In this document: piece after piece, positions 30,034-39,700 of the stretch
Numbering within the stretch: position 1 is the first letter of the stretch
How the letters are laid out: each line of letters starts with the position of its first letter
From: Kiritimatiellia bacterium
Lineage (GTDB): Bacteria; Verrucomicrobiota; Kiritimatiellia; CAIVKH01
Reading direction: 5' to 3'
Assembly (NCBI GenBank): GCA_035327585.1
Contig: DAOLDD010000012.1
Location: 10,882-74,881, forward strand
Length of the DNA: 64,000 nt
Position numbers and translations under genes: made by a program
The notes under the pieces: generated by a model
The model's database searches: none
What the model was told of the DNA's origin: nothing
The model's input: only the letters and a program-made list of their open reading frames with translations

Positions 30034-30812
30034 GATTCCTGTTTTGCATTATTCTGGCGATGGTCCTCGTCCTGACGGTACGGAGAGCGGATTGCGGTGA
30101 GGCGCATGTGGAGGATTTTAGTGACGGCGCCAACACCAGCGATGCCAGTCTCGCATACGGCATCGGTTCGTGGACGTTCACCGGCGGGACCGCGCGGGTC
30201 AGGATGACCAAAACGGCCCCGTATGCCTATCCGGATGTGGCGTCACTGAGTCCGAAGGCCTCCGCTTTCGCAGGTGACTGGATGGAGTCGGGTCACGAGT
30301 TGGTCGGCTTCAAATTTATGGCCGGTTCGCCCGCGCCCTCCCATCTCTATCTCGAACTGCTCGCGTCCGCAGGACGGCTTTACCGGAAAATATTCCCGGT
30401 GCCCGAGCCGGGGGAGTGGACCACCTTCATGGCCTCGATCACGGATGGTGACGGAGGGGGCTGGATTGCGGTGGAGGGAACCATCGGCGAGTTCCAGGAC
30501 GCGTTGCGCAACGTGGAGCGCGTTTCGGTCAATATCCAACGCGCCGGTGCGCTGGCGGTCGAGCACGCCGTTGACGATTTCTTCCTCGACCGGCTTCCCC
30601 GCCAGGTGGATGCCCGCATTACGAGCGCCGGCGCGCAATTCTCGCTGGATGCCCTGCAGTCGGGAGCTCTTTACACCTTGCAAGCCAGCGCATCGCTGAC
30701 CGGTCCATGGCAGGATGTGCAGACGATGGCCGCGACAAACCGGCTCCAGCATCTGGAGCTTCCGCTTTTGCCGGATGCCTCCGTAAAGTATTATCGCCTG
30801 TTGTCTCCGTGA
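30030..30812 (+). CDS. Secreted protein paralogous to the preceding gene (EDFSDG... / ...VERVSVNIQRAGALAVEHAVDDFFLD) but without PEP-CTERM
   Basis: Start overlaps the upstream stop. Signal peptide MRFLFCIILAMVLVL. Shares the N-terminal (H/E)(E/D)F..(N/D) motif and the C-terminal V.V.(V/I).R...A......D.F motif with 29344..30033. Confidence 0.55.
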   Translation: MRFLFCIILAMVLVLTVRRADCGEAHVEDFSDGANTSDASLAYGIGSWTFTGGTARVRMTKTAPYAYPDVASLSPKASAFAGDWMESGHELVGFKFMAGSPAPSHLYLELLASAGRLYRKIFPVPEPGEWTTFMASITDGDGGGWIAVEGTIGEFQDALRNVERVSVNIQRAGALAVEHAVDDFFLDRLPRQVDARITSAGAQFSLDALQSGALYTLQASASLTGPWQDVQTMAATNRLQHLELPLLPDASVKYYRLLSP

Positions 30813-30895
30813 ATGTTTCACCGGTCACCATCGACGGAAATCCGTCGGCCCACGTATTACCCATCGCCTTGGCGCCGCGACGGGTCCTGTGTCGC

Positions 30896-31582
30896 GTGCG
30901 CTGCAAGTCGCGTGGCGGGTTGTCGCATAACGGATTCACATTGATTGAGTTGCTGGTCGTCATTGCGATCATCGCGGTGTTGATGGCCATTATCGTGCCG
31001 TCCGTCCAAAGTGCGCTGGAGCGCGCGCGCGCCATTGCGTGCACCAGTCAATTGCGGCAAATCGGCCAGGCGTTCTTTAGCTATGCCGGCACGTACGACG
31101 CCCTGCCCGCGCCCGCGGGGCACGTTGCAGGCGGAGGCATGCCCGATCCTTCGTTCTGGTATTCATCGCTCGGTCCTTTTTTGGGGCTCGGATGGAGCCG
31201 GGGGAGTGGACCGCGACCCGGGGACCTGGCCTTTCAGAATACCAAACTGGCTTGCCCAACTTATGGCGGGAATCGCCTGGGCTATGCCTACAATGAGTTC
31301 CTGCCCCCCTCGCACCGGTCTGAATGGATACCGAAAGTCACACCCGCCAAGTGGTTCCTGGATTCTTCCTCCCGATCAACCGAACGTCTCCTGGTCGCGG
31401 ATGCGACAAGCTGGTACACGGGAGGCCCGGACATGATCACGTATGGCGACTCCTCCCTCCTCGACTGGAACCGCCACAACCGGTCGGCCAACCTGCTTTT
31501 TCTTGATGGCCATGTGCAAAAGCATGACAAGGCCTTCATCGCGACGAACCGGCTGACGCTCTTCTTTTTCGATGTATTGTGA
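30896..31582 (+). CDS. DUF1559-type protein with a prepilin-type N-terminal cleavage/methylation domain
   Basis: GTG start. GFTLIELLVVIAIIAVLMAIIVPS pilin-like N-terminus, LRQIGQAFFSYA motif and a C-terminal LLFLDGHV motif, characteristic of DUF1559 proteins. Confidence 0.7.
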   Translation: MRCKSRGGLSHNGFTLIELLVVIAIIAVLMAIIVPSVQSALERARAIACTSQLRQIGQAFFSYAGTYDALPAPAGHVAGGGMPDPSFWYSSLGPFLGLGWSRGSGPRPGDLAFQNTKLACPTYGGNRLGYAYNEFLPPSHRSEWIPKVTPAKWFLDSSSRSTERLLVADATSWYTGGPDMITYGDSSLLDWNRHNRSANLLFLDGHVQKHDKAFIATNRLTLFFFDVL

Positions 31583-33407
31583 CGGTCCGCGTCATGCCCC
31601 GGTCATGAACTGCCAATCCCACCATCTCGCCATCGGCTTGTCCCCTTGCACGCCCGCCTTCACGCGATTTGCCGTTGATTCGCTTGGGACGGGCCGGCTC
31701 GATTGCAATCCGGTTCTGGTGCGGTCTTCAGTCGCGAGCGTTCCCGGCTTGGAACTCGGGTCGGACCTCACCTACACAATCCATGGCCATCCGGTATGGA
31801 GCGTCCAGTGCAATGACCGCACAATCGTGCTTCGTTCCATGCACGTGCCTGGAAGGGAAATTCCCGCCTTCCGTCTTGTGATCAATCAGAAAGCCAATCA
31901 TGCCACGCTGCTCGGACTCATGGAGCCGGGAGATCGACGGATGTCTTTCCCTTGTGTGCTTCATATGCCGGGTATGGGCTCGCTGCGCATCACCTGCAAC
32001 CAGTCGGAGGTGAAGCTTGGCTACGACGCCCGGCGCTGGGTCGTGACCACGCCTTATGTCGAGCTCGCCTTTCCGCCCGCCAGCGCAGCCTGCCCGCGAA
32101 TGGAATACCGGATGGAGGTCGTGGCTCTTCATCCTCCGTTGCCCCGCCATGCGGATAAGCCGCTTTACGACGGTTTCCGGCGCGATTGGCTCAGCATGTT
32201 TCAGATCAATCCACGCATGCAGATTCTGGCGAACAACGCCTCCAGCGATCCGTGCGCATTCACCCTTTTCGAGTATTCCGAAGTCGCCCTGCACACGCCA
32301 CCGCTGGCTGACCGGCTTGGCTGCCTCGATCTGATCCGCATGTCGCTGGACCGTTACATCGCCGGCCAGTTGGGCTATGGCCAGGTCGGATATGCCGAAA
32401 ACGGGGAATCCGGTCACCCCTGCGAGCCCTATGGCGCGGATCTGAATCCATGGGGTACTGCCTGGGCTTCACTCGATACGCTGCCCTCGTTGCTCATCGC
32501 CGCCTGCAACTATGTCAAGGGAAGCGGGGATGCAGGCTGGGCGCGTGCGAATTTCGAGGCCCTGGCCGCATGGGGCCACGAAATGTGGGCGGCCGACCGG
32601 AACGGCAACGGCCTGGTCGAATATCCCGGCTCCGGCAATTACGGCGACCGTCCCAATCGCGAACGCCGTCCCTCAAACTGGTGGGACACCATTAACTTCG
32701 GCCACGAAGACGCCTTCTCGAATGCGCTGGTCTATCGCGCCACGGTCCTGTTTGCCGGACTTGCGCGGCAGCTCGGCCAGGGACGGGATGCCGACCTGTT
32801 TTCCGGGAAAGCCGCCAACCTCCGCGCCGCTTATGTTCCGACTTTTCTTAACCCCGAGACTGGCGTGCTCGCCGGTTGGAAAAGCGCGGATGGGCAACTG
32901 CATGATTATTGGTTCGTCTTCATACAAGGACTGGCGATCGCCAGCGGGCTTGTTGATGACGCCCTCGCCAACGACATCATGGACCGCATCCTCGCGAAGA
33001 TGCGTGAGGTCGGATTCGATCGATTCGATATTGGACTGCCTGGCAATCTGATCCCGGTGAAAAAGGGGGACTACATCGATCACGAGGGTCCCCCTGAAGA
33101 ATTTGGCATCCCGCAACGCGACGACGGCAGCGACGGCTTCCAATTTTATGAAAACGGCGGGGCCAGCGGTTGCTGGGTTTACTACACCCTCAAGGCGCTA
33201 TTCGACCTCGGACGCGTGGACGATGCGCGTCGTATTCTATACCCGATGTTGGAAGGCTACGCCGCTGGAGGGTTTCAGGGTTTTGGTGAAAACGGAAGGT
33301 CCCGTGACTGGCGCGACTGGAGCGGCGGCTGCCACGGCTACGAAGGCCTGCTGGTGGACAACTACCTCGCCCTGCTCGCGGTGCTCGACGACGTGCGGGC
33401 TCCGTGA
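31572..33407 (+). CDS. Putative (alpha/alpha)6-barrel glycoside hydrolase (GDE_C/GH63-like), family uncertain
   Basis: 611 aa with no signal peptide. Toroid-type GH-like segments (WDTINFGHEDAFSNALVYRA, DYWFVFIQGLA). Assignment rests on weak similarity only. Confidence 0.4.
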   Translation: MYCDGPRHAPVMNCQSHHLAIGLSPCTPAFTRFAVDSLGTGRLDCNPVLVRSSVASVPGLELGSDLTYTIHGHPVWSVQCNDRTIVLRSMHVPGREIPAFRLVINQKANHATLLGLMEPGDRRMSFPCVLHMPGMGSLRITCNQSEVKLGYDARRWVVTTPYVELAFPPASAACPRMEYRMEVVALHPPLPRHADKPLYDGFRRDWLSMFQINPRMQILANNASSDPCAFTLFEYSEVALHTPPLADRLGCLDLIRMSLDRYIAGQLGYGQVGYAENGESGHPCEPYGADLNPWGTAWASLDTLPSLLIAACNYVKGSGDAGWARANFEALAAWGHEMWAADRNGNGLVEYPGSGNYGDRPNRERRPSNWWDTINFGHEDAFSNALVYRATVLFAGLARQLGQGRDADLFSGKAANLRAAYVPTFLNPETGVLAGWKSADGQLHDYWFVFIQGLAIASGLVDDALANDIMDRILAKMREVGFDRFDIGLPGNLIPVKKGDYIDHEGPPEEFGIPQRDDGSDGFQFYENGGASGCWVYYTLKALFDLGRVDDARRILYPMLEGYAAGGFQGFGENGRSRDWRDWSGGCHGYEGLLVDNYLALLAVLDDVRAP

Positions 33408-33454
33408 TCACAGGCTGAGTGGTGGGTTCGGGTGGCGTTTGGCGAAGAGCTTGC

Positions 33455-34762
33455 TTACCTGTGCATGCCGTCGGGCGGTACGATCGCCTGATGCCGGGTC
33501 AGGAGCTGTCGAAGGTCCTTCAGTGGAACGTCTCCGATCGGGATGTGCCGCTGTGCGGCAATCGCGGTCACCGCGCCGACCGCCTGACCCATGGCCATGC
33601 AGGATGCTTGCACACGGTAGGCTGAATTCGCCAGCGGGTCACCGCAGGCCGTGCGTCCCGCGACGATGAGATTTTTGGCGCCCTTGGGAATCATCGCGCG
33701 CAGGGGAATGGTGGGGAAGGTGCCGTGCGCCAATGGACGAATGTCCACCCCGTCGCCGTCCGCGCGGTGCAGGTCAATCGGATAGAAGCTGTAGCAGACG
33801 GCATCCTCCCAAAGGCGTCCGCTGGTGTAATCGCCCACGGTGATTTCCACCTCGCCCTCAATCACGCCGGTATCGCGCACCCCGCATTCCGGCGCGCACC
33901 GGTCGATCTCGGTGTGTTCGAGTCCCGGTTGTTGCCGGAGAAAACGAAGCAGGCGCAGTAAGGCCGCCCGTGCGCGCTGTTCCAGTGCCGTGCGCCCGGC
34001 GCTGGTGTGGCCTTCAGCGTCCGGCACATGCATCTTGTTCTCGCCGCGCGAACGCAGAAACCATTCCAGCGCGCGTGGATCGTGTGCGCCCGCGTCGGAC
34101 GCGTGAACCCGTCCGGTGGCGAGGGCTTCCGCCCATGCGCGATTGAGTGCATCATAATCCAAGCCTTCAGGATCATAACCATTCAGGCGGAACATCAGGG
34201 TGGCGGGTTGCGGCGAAGCGGTCGGACGCCTCACCGGATGGCCGGCCAGCGCGATGCCGTTCGCGTCGCCGGTGGCGTCAATAACCATCCGGGCCGTCGC
34301 GGTTCGGAGTCCCTCCTTGACGGCCAGTTGAACGCGCCAATCCCCGTTCGCTTCCTGGTCGAGCGCAACGGGCATCGCGTGATAGAGAACTTCGACTCCG
34401 GCCTGCACCAAAGCTTCGTCGATCAGAGCGGCATAAACCGCCGTATTCACCTTCACCTGCAGGAGCCAGTGCGGCTGGTCCCACTTCTGGAAGTCCGGCA
34501 GTTTGCCGCCAACTTCGCGGACCGCGCGTTCGACCAATTCCCATCCGATGCCCGCGATGATCTGGCGGCCCCAGGCATGGAACAGGCCGGGCAGGTTCAC
34601 GCCCGCGCTGGTGGTGGTGCCGCCGGGCTGTGCGGTCTTTTCCACCAGCAGGGTTTTCGCGCCCGCCCGGGCGGCTTGCAGGGCGGCGGTGGCGCCGGCT
34701 GGTCCGGCCCCCAGGACAAGCACATCGACGCGCTCGCTGGTGAGGCGTTCCGCCGGATTCAT
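33455..34762 (-). CDS. FAD-dependent oxidoreductase (PF12831-like)
   Basis: VDVLVLGAGPAGATAALQAARAGAKTLLVEK dinucleotide-binding motif. The family is commonly found next to GH genes. Confidence 0.7.
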   Translation of the reverse strand: MNPAERLTSERVDVLVLGAGPAGATAALQAARAGAKTLLVEKTAQPGGTTTSAGVNLPGLFHAWGRQIIAGIGWELVERAVREVGGKLPDFQKWDQPHWLLQVKVNTAVYAALIDEALVQAGVEVLYHAMPVALDQEANGDWRVQLAVKEGLRTATARMVIDATGDANGIALAGHPVRRPTASPQPATLMFRLNGYDPEGLDYDALNRAWAEALATGRVHASDAGAHDPRALEWFLRSRGENKMHVPDAEGHTSAGRTALEQRARAALLRLLRFLRQQPGLEHTEIDRCAPECGVRDTGVIEGEVEITVGDYTSGRLWEDAVCYSFYPIDLHRADGDGVDIRPLAHGTFPTIPLRAMIPKGAKNLIVAGRTACGDPLANSAYRVQASCMAMGQAVGAVTAIAAQRHIPIGDVPLKDLRQLLTRHQAIVPPDGMHR

Positions 34763-35850
34763 GCAAGATTTCCGTTCTGTATGACGGCCTCCAGGCGTTG
34801 GCGTGAGCCGTCCGGTTCAAACGTTGCCGGAATATAGTGCACCACCGGCGGCGTTTCATTTCTTCTCATCGCGCGCAGGGTCGCGGAAGCCTGGGTGAGG
34901 AAGTCGCGCACGTCATAGCCCAGCCGGTCGACGGGTACGGCGCAGGGCAGCACCTGTGGCCAGTTGCAATGAGCCACGACCTGGACATCGACGGGGATAT
35001 TGACGCCCGCGCTCAACACGCCGGAGAGCACGTATTCCATCAAGTTGTCGTCAGCAATGATCAATCCGTCGGGCCGGGTCTCCGGCGCGGCGGAGAAAAG
35101 CAGCTGCATGATGCGCGTGGCAATTTCGGGATGCTCGAGCGCCACCATCTGCAACCAGCGATCATGGGTCTCCATTCCGCTGCGCAGAATCTCCTCCTTG
35201 AATCGCTCCATCGGTTCAACCAGCGGTTGATGAGCCACCGCGATTCGACGGCAGCCGCGCGTTCGCAGCCGTTCAATCGAGAGGGAGATGAATGAATCGG
35301 TGTCCGTATCGATCAGGGGCAGGTCCGGAGTCGTGGCGTGCAGCAGGCGGACTTTCGGGATGTCAAATTCGCCGAAATCGGGCGTCTCAGCGCTGAGATA
35401 CGGGTCGGCGACCAATACCAACCCCGCGATTTTCATGCTGGTGATGTCGCGGGTTAGCTGCTGATAAGCCGGATTGTCGACGTGCCGGTCGACGTCGAAA
35501 TAGAAATCCCATTGTACGTCGGTGGCATTGCTGGCCGCCGCCGCCACTTCCTTGAGCGCCGTCCAGAAGCGATTGGTCCGGCCGGTCGTTACGGGGAAAA
35601 CCAGGGCAAATTTATGCAGATGAGGCGGGTGTGACGTAACCCGTGTGCCGCGTCGTCCATCCGTCACGACGAAACCGTCCTGGCTCAGTTTGCGCAATAC
35701 TTGTTGCACCGTGGAACGCGAGACGGAGAACTCCCGCATCAGTTCGTCGCAGGTCGGGAAGCGCTCCCCGGGTGGATAGGTGCCGTTGGTCAGCCGGTCC
35801 AGCACCTCCTTGGCCAGCATCGCCCTTCTCGTTGGTTTCTTGGGTTTCAT
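34759..35850 (-). CDS. AraR-type transcriptional regulator (GntR-family wHTH fused to a LacI/PBP1-type sugar-binding domain)
   Basis: N-terminal GntR HTH (FPTCDELMREFSVSRSTVQQVLRKL), a C-terminal periplasmic-binding-protein-like effector domain. Divergent from lectin-like paralog C. Confidence 0.7.
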   Translation of the reverse strand: MKPKKPTRRAMLAKEVLDRLTNGTYPPGERFPTCDELMREFSVSRSTVQQVLRKLSQDGFVVTDGRRGTRVTSHPPHLHKFALVFPVTTGRTNRFWTALKEVAAAASNATDVQWDFYFDVDRHVDNPAYQQLTRDITSMKIAGLVLVADPYLSAETPDFGEFDIPKVRLLHATTPDLPLIDTDTDSFISLSIERLRTRGCRRIAVAHQPLVEPMERFKEEILRSGMETHDRWLQMVALEHPEIATRIMQLLFSAAPETRPDGLIIADDNLMEYVLSGVLSAGVNIPVDVQVVAHCNWPQVLPCAVPVDRLGYDVRDFLTQASATLRAMRRNETPPVVHYIPATFEPDGSRQRLEAVIQNGNLA

Positions 35851-35865
35851 AGGGTCTGATATATT

Positions 35866-35897
35866 GTACTAATACAATGAGATCGAATTTTGATACA
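35866..35897 (+). promoter_or_regulatory. Conserved operator/promoter motif, copy 3 (ATTGTACTAATACAAT near-palindrome then TTTTGATACA)
   Basis: 16-bp near-perfect palindrome (2 mismatches) resembling copies 1 and 2 and GntR/AraR-type operators (GT-N6-AC). In the divergent region between the AraR-type regulator and paralog C. Confidence 0.5.
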
Positions 35898-35982
35898 TAA
35901 TGCTTGTCTGTTGATTTTATTCCGCATACGATGCGTCCAAGTGAGTGGAACCTGTTCAGGTAGTTGGGAAAGGGTTGGCTTT

Positions 35983-36735
35983 ATGAATGCGTTTTTCCTC
36001 AGGGATCTCCTGCGTGGAGGTTGTCTTAACCTTGTATTCCTGACCCTGACCTCTGCAAGCCTTATTCAGGATGACTTTAATGGGAGTATGCTTGATACGA
36101 ATCAGTGGGGAACCGCATATACGGGGGGCGCGGCCGCTCCAGTACAGACCGGGGGCGGGTTGATGGTGCATGTGGAGACCAATTCGCAGAATCAACGGGC
36201 CCTGGTCTTCTCGACGCGAACGGACCTCGATTTTACCGCCAGGCCGATCACCATGGCGGCGACGATTTCCGCACTGGGCGGTGCGGGTGCGGTGCAGTGG
36301 CCCGTGAATCGCTATCTCTTAATAGGTTCCTTTGGAACCCAACCAGAAATTCAGAGTCGCTACTATCCCGGCTCGGAACTTCCCATGGGCGTATGGCTGG
36401 CTGCCGGGCAAACCAACGGCATGAATTATCTGGAAGTGGGTACGGTGCGTCTTGGGCGGGTGGAAACCACCCGGGAAATTTATCAAGGCGTATTGACCGC
36501 CATGTCGCTGACGTTGCATGGGAACACGTATTCCGTATCCGCCAGCGGCATCGATGGGTTCAGCGTGGGGGCCGACAACCGCATCGTGGGTGTCCTGGCG
36601 AATATTCACACCGAGGAATACAACGGCCATTTTCGTTTCGCGATGGGAGCCGCGAACTCTTTCCAGGGCGCGGTCTCCGAAGGCGCGTCGGTGGTTTGGG
36701 ACAGCGTGACGGTGAACTCGGCGCTTGCACCGTAG
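35983..36735 (+). CDS. Secreted protein with the novel lectin-like domain (paralog C), no PEP-CTERM anchor
   Basis: ATG at 35983 (Met 32 of the track ORF). Signal-like N-terminus. The domain ends in ...DSVTVNSALAP with no sorting signal. Confidence 0.7.
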   Translation: MNAFFLRDLLRGGCLNLVFLTLTSASLIQDDFNGSMLDTNQWGTAYTGGAAAPVQTGGGLMVHVETNSQNQRALVFSTRTDLDFTARPITMAATISALGGAGAVQWPVNRYLLIGSFGTQPEIQSRYYPGSELPMGVWLAAGQTNGMNYLEVGTVRLGRVETTREIYQGVLTAMSLTLHGNTYSVSASGIDGFSVGADNRIVGVLANIHTEEYNGHFRFAMGAANSFQGAVSEGASVVWDSVTVNSALAP

Positions 36736-36790
36736 CGGCTCCTGCCCGCCATGCTTGCGCAAATTAATGCCACGAAGGGACGCGTGCACA

Positions 36791-39700
36791 ATGAGACAGA
36801 TCGGTATCGCGGGAAAGAATGGATGGCGGCTTGCCGCACTGGGCTTGCTGTGTGTGATGGCCATGACGCCCGATAATTCGTCGATCGCCGCCGCGCAAGT
36901 GGCCGTCCGCAACCCAGGATGGATGACCTCTCCCCGGGGCGAGGTCGAGGGGTGGATGCTTCACTGGTGCCGCCGCACCATCGATGACGAGGGCCGCACT
37001 GTAATCCATCTGCCGGATCCGTCTGGCGTGCCATTCGCCAAACTCTCCCAGCGTATCCCGATTGATGATCCGGCGATTCTCGCCCTGACCGTAACCGCCA
37101 CCGTGCGGGCCCGGCCACCCGATGCCGCGCAAGAGAGCCCCTTGGAATCCGCGCCCAGCCTGTGCATCTACTATCATGGCGCGAATACGGGATGGTCCTA
37201 CAAGGAGGTCCTCTGGCCGGCGGGACGTGCCGGCGCGAAGAAGGTGATTCCGCGCGATGTGAACTGGCAAACGGTTTCGTTCGATCTGCCGCGCCCACCC
37301 GGGGCCGTTCAGGTGGAGATTGCGCTTGAGGCCAAGACGGGGTCCTTCGGATTGGACGTAGCGGAAATGACGATCACGGCCCTGCGGTCTTCTGATGCCA
37401 GCAACCAGCCGGTGGCTGCGGAACCCCAAGGTCCGGTCGACCGCAGCAACTTGCTCGCCGGGTCCATCACCCGATTCGAGGGCGGCTCCGCCGGTTGGCA
37501 GGTATTCGTGCTGCCTCATTATCCGGCCGTTCAGCTCGAGCCTGAATATGATCGCGCGCAGCCGGGGGAGGGTCAGGCCAGCATCCGTATCCCTCCAGGT
37601 GCGGGCCTCAATTCCATGCCCGTGCTGTTGGCCAAAGGAAAGGGAATCCGGACGTTATCCTTCCTCGCCCGTGCGGAACAGGCTGCGGAGCTGGTGGTCC
37701 GACAGGGCTATAACCATGGCAGCCTTCAGGATGTCCGGGTGCCGGTCACACGTGAGTGGACGCGTGTCCATGCCACGTATCCTGCTTCGAACAATCAGGA
37801 CGCACCCTTTTACTTCATCGAAAACCGCATGGTCGAAGGCCGCGGCACCGATGTTTATATTGATGCCATCAGTTTGAGCGAAGGCGGAACCACGGAATAC
37901 ATTGAGCCGCCGGCCGAGTTGATGCTGGTCCGGCAACCCAATGGTGTGGTGCGGGCGGATCTTTTGCTGGCCGGGGGAGTTGAGAATCCTGGTGCCTGGA
38001 CCTGGACGTTGGAGGAAGTCGACATCGAGTCCCGGCTATTGGCCCATGGGCTCGTCGCCTGGAAAGCGGAAGGGCCGCAACGCTACTCGGCCACGATTGA
38101 TCATCCCACGGATCACGGCATGTACCGGATCGTGCTGTTGCGGGATGAAGACCGGTCCATCGAGCCCATGCAGGAGTTGCTTATCGCGCAAGCTTCGTTC
38201 GCAACGTTGCCGGAATTCCGGGATGGAGGAGCGCCGGTCACGCTGGGCGTTCACGCGCACCACAACTGGGCGCGACAGGGCTCCCCGCCGCGTACGGTGT
38301 ATCATCATCCGGATTGGGAAACCTTTCTGCGCAGCCTGCGCACGATGGGCATTGAGTGGATGCGCTTTCATGGCGGTCGCGATAATCCGACCATCCTGTC
38401 CTTTGCCGCGCCCGATGGGCCCCGGAAGGACTATCTGCTCGCGCATGATCTCTTGAAGCCCTACCAGGACACCGGATTTCGTCTGATGGCCGTTCTCGAT
38501 GTGGGTTTCGGCAAATTGTTCCGTCGCGAGCCCTGGTTTGCTGCACGGGAAACCCACGGGGAATGGGGCCGCCACGCCCTGCCGGAAGACATGAGCGTGT
38601 GGACGGATTTTGTGAGGGCCATGGCCACGGCGTACGCCGACGTGTTTGATGCCTGGGAAGTAGTGAACGAACCCAACGGAACCATGCAGGCGAGCGACTA
38701 TATGCCCTTGCTGAAGGAGGCGTATGCGGTGCTGAAAGAGGTCGTGCCCGACAAACCCGTGTTGGGCGTTTGCGCCACGGCGGATTATGAATCCAGTCTC
38801 GACGGATTCGTCGAACAGTGTTTTGCGCTCGGCGCGGCGGACGCCATGGATATCTTGTCCTTCCATCCCTATGTCGGCAACGACACCCCGGAAGCGTCCT
38901 TGGTCCTCATGCAAAACACGGCCCGGCTGCTGGAGCGAAGCGGCGCCCAAAAGGGATTGTGGAACACCGAGAAGGGCTGGTCCACCATGCCCACCTATAT
39001 CTCCCACCAGGCACGCGGTACGTCCAAGCGCGCCGACTCCGCCATGGGTTCGGTCGGCGTTTCCGCGGTCCTCGGGGCGGCCTACAATGTGCGCAATATT
39101 CTCCACAGCAGCCGCGTTGGCGTGAATCATTATTTCATCTACAGCGGGATGAACCCCCAATTCGGTTGGCAGGCGAAGGGCCACTTCGGACCCGCCTTCG
39201 AATACGACGGAACCATGGGCCCCCTTTATTTCATGGTGGGCACGATCCAGCGCGTGCTGCAGGAGGCCACCTTCCGGGAAGCCATTACCTTGCGCGACGG
39301 CGGCCTCTGGGCCTATCTGTATGACTTTCCCGACAAGCGCGTCCTCGCCGCGCTCTGGACCAACGAGCGGAAGGAACCGACGGATCTTCGGTCCGAATCC
39401 GTATCCCGCGTGCCCGCGCGGGGCTGGGATGGCATGGGGCGCCCGCTGGACCTCTCGGCGCAAGGCGTCGCGGCCGGGCCGATGCCGACGTACTTCGTAT
39501 GGGACGACGCAGAGACTGGTGACATCGCGAACATGATCACCAACATGACCTGGGAGGCGGTGCCCCGTTTTCAAGTGCGGGTCGGACCCGCTCGGGATGG
39601 CTCACCCTGCTTTGAAGTTCGCGCAGCGAATCCGCTTGAAACCTCGATTCCCGCCCTTTGGGTTCCGGACGTCGGGCCGCCGCTTTCTCAGGACGTTCCG

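Noticed and set aside
35921-35982. Sigma54-like GG-N10-GC match (TGGGAA-AGGGT-TGGCT) just before paralog C
   Set aside because: Poor match to the consensus, and it ends only 3 nt before the ATG, too close to be a promoter.
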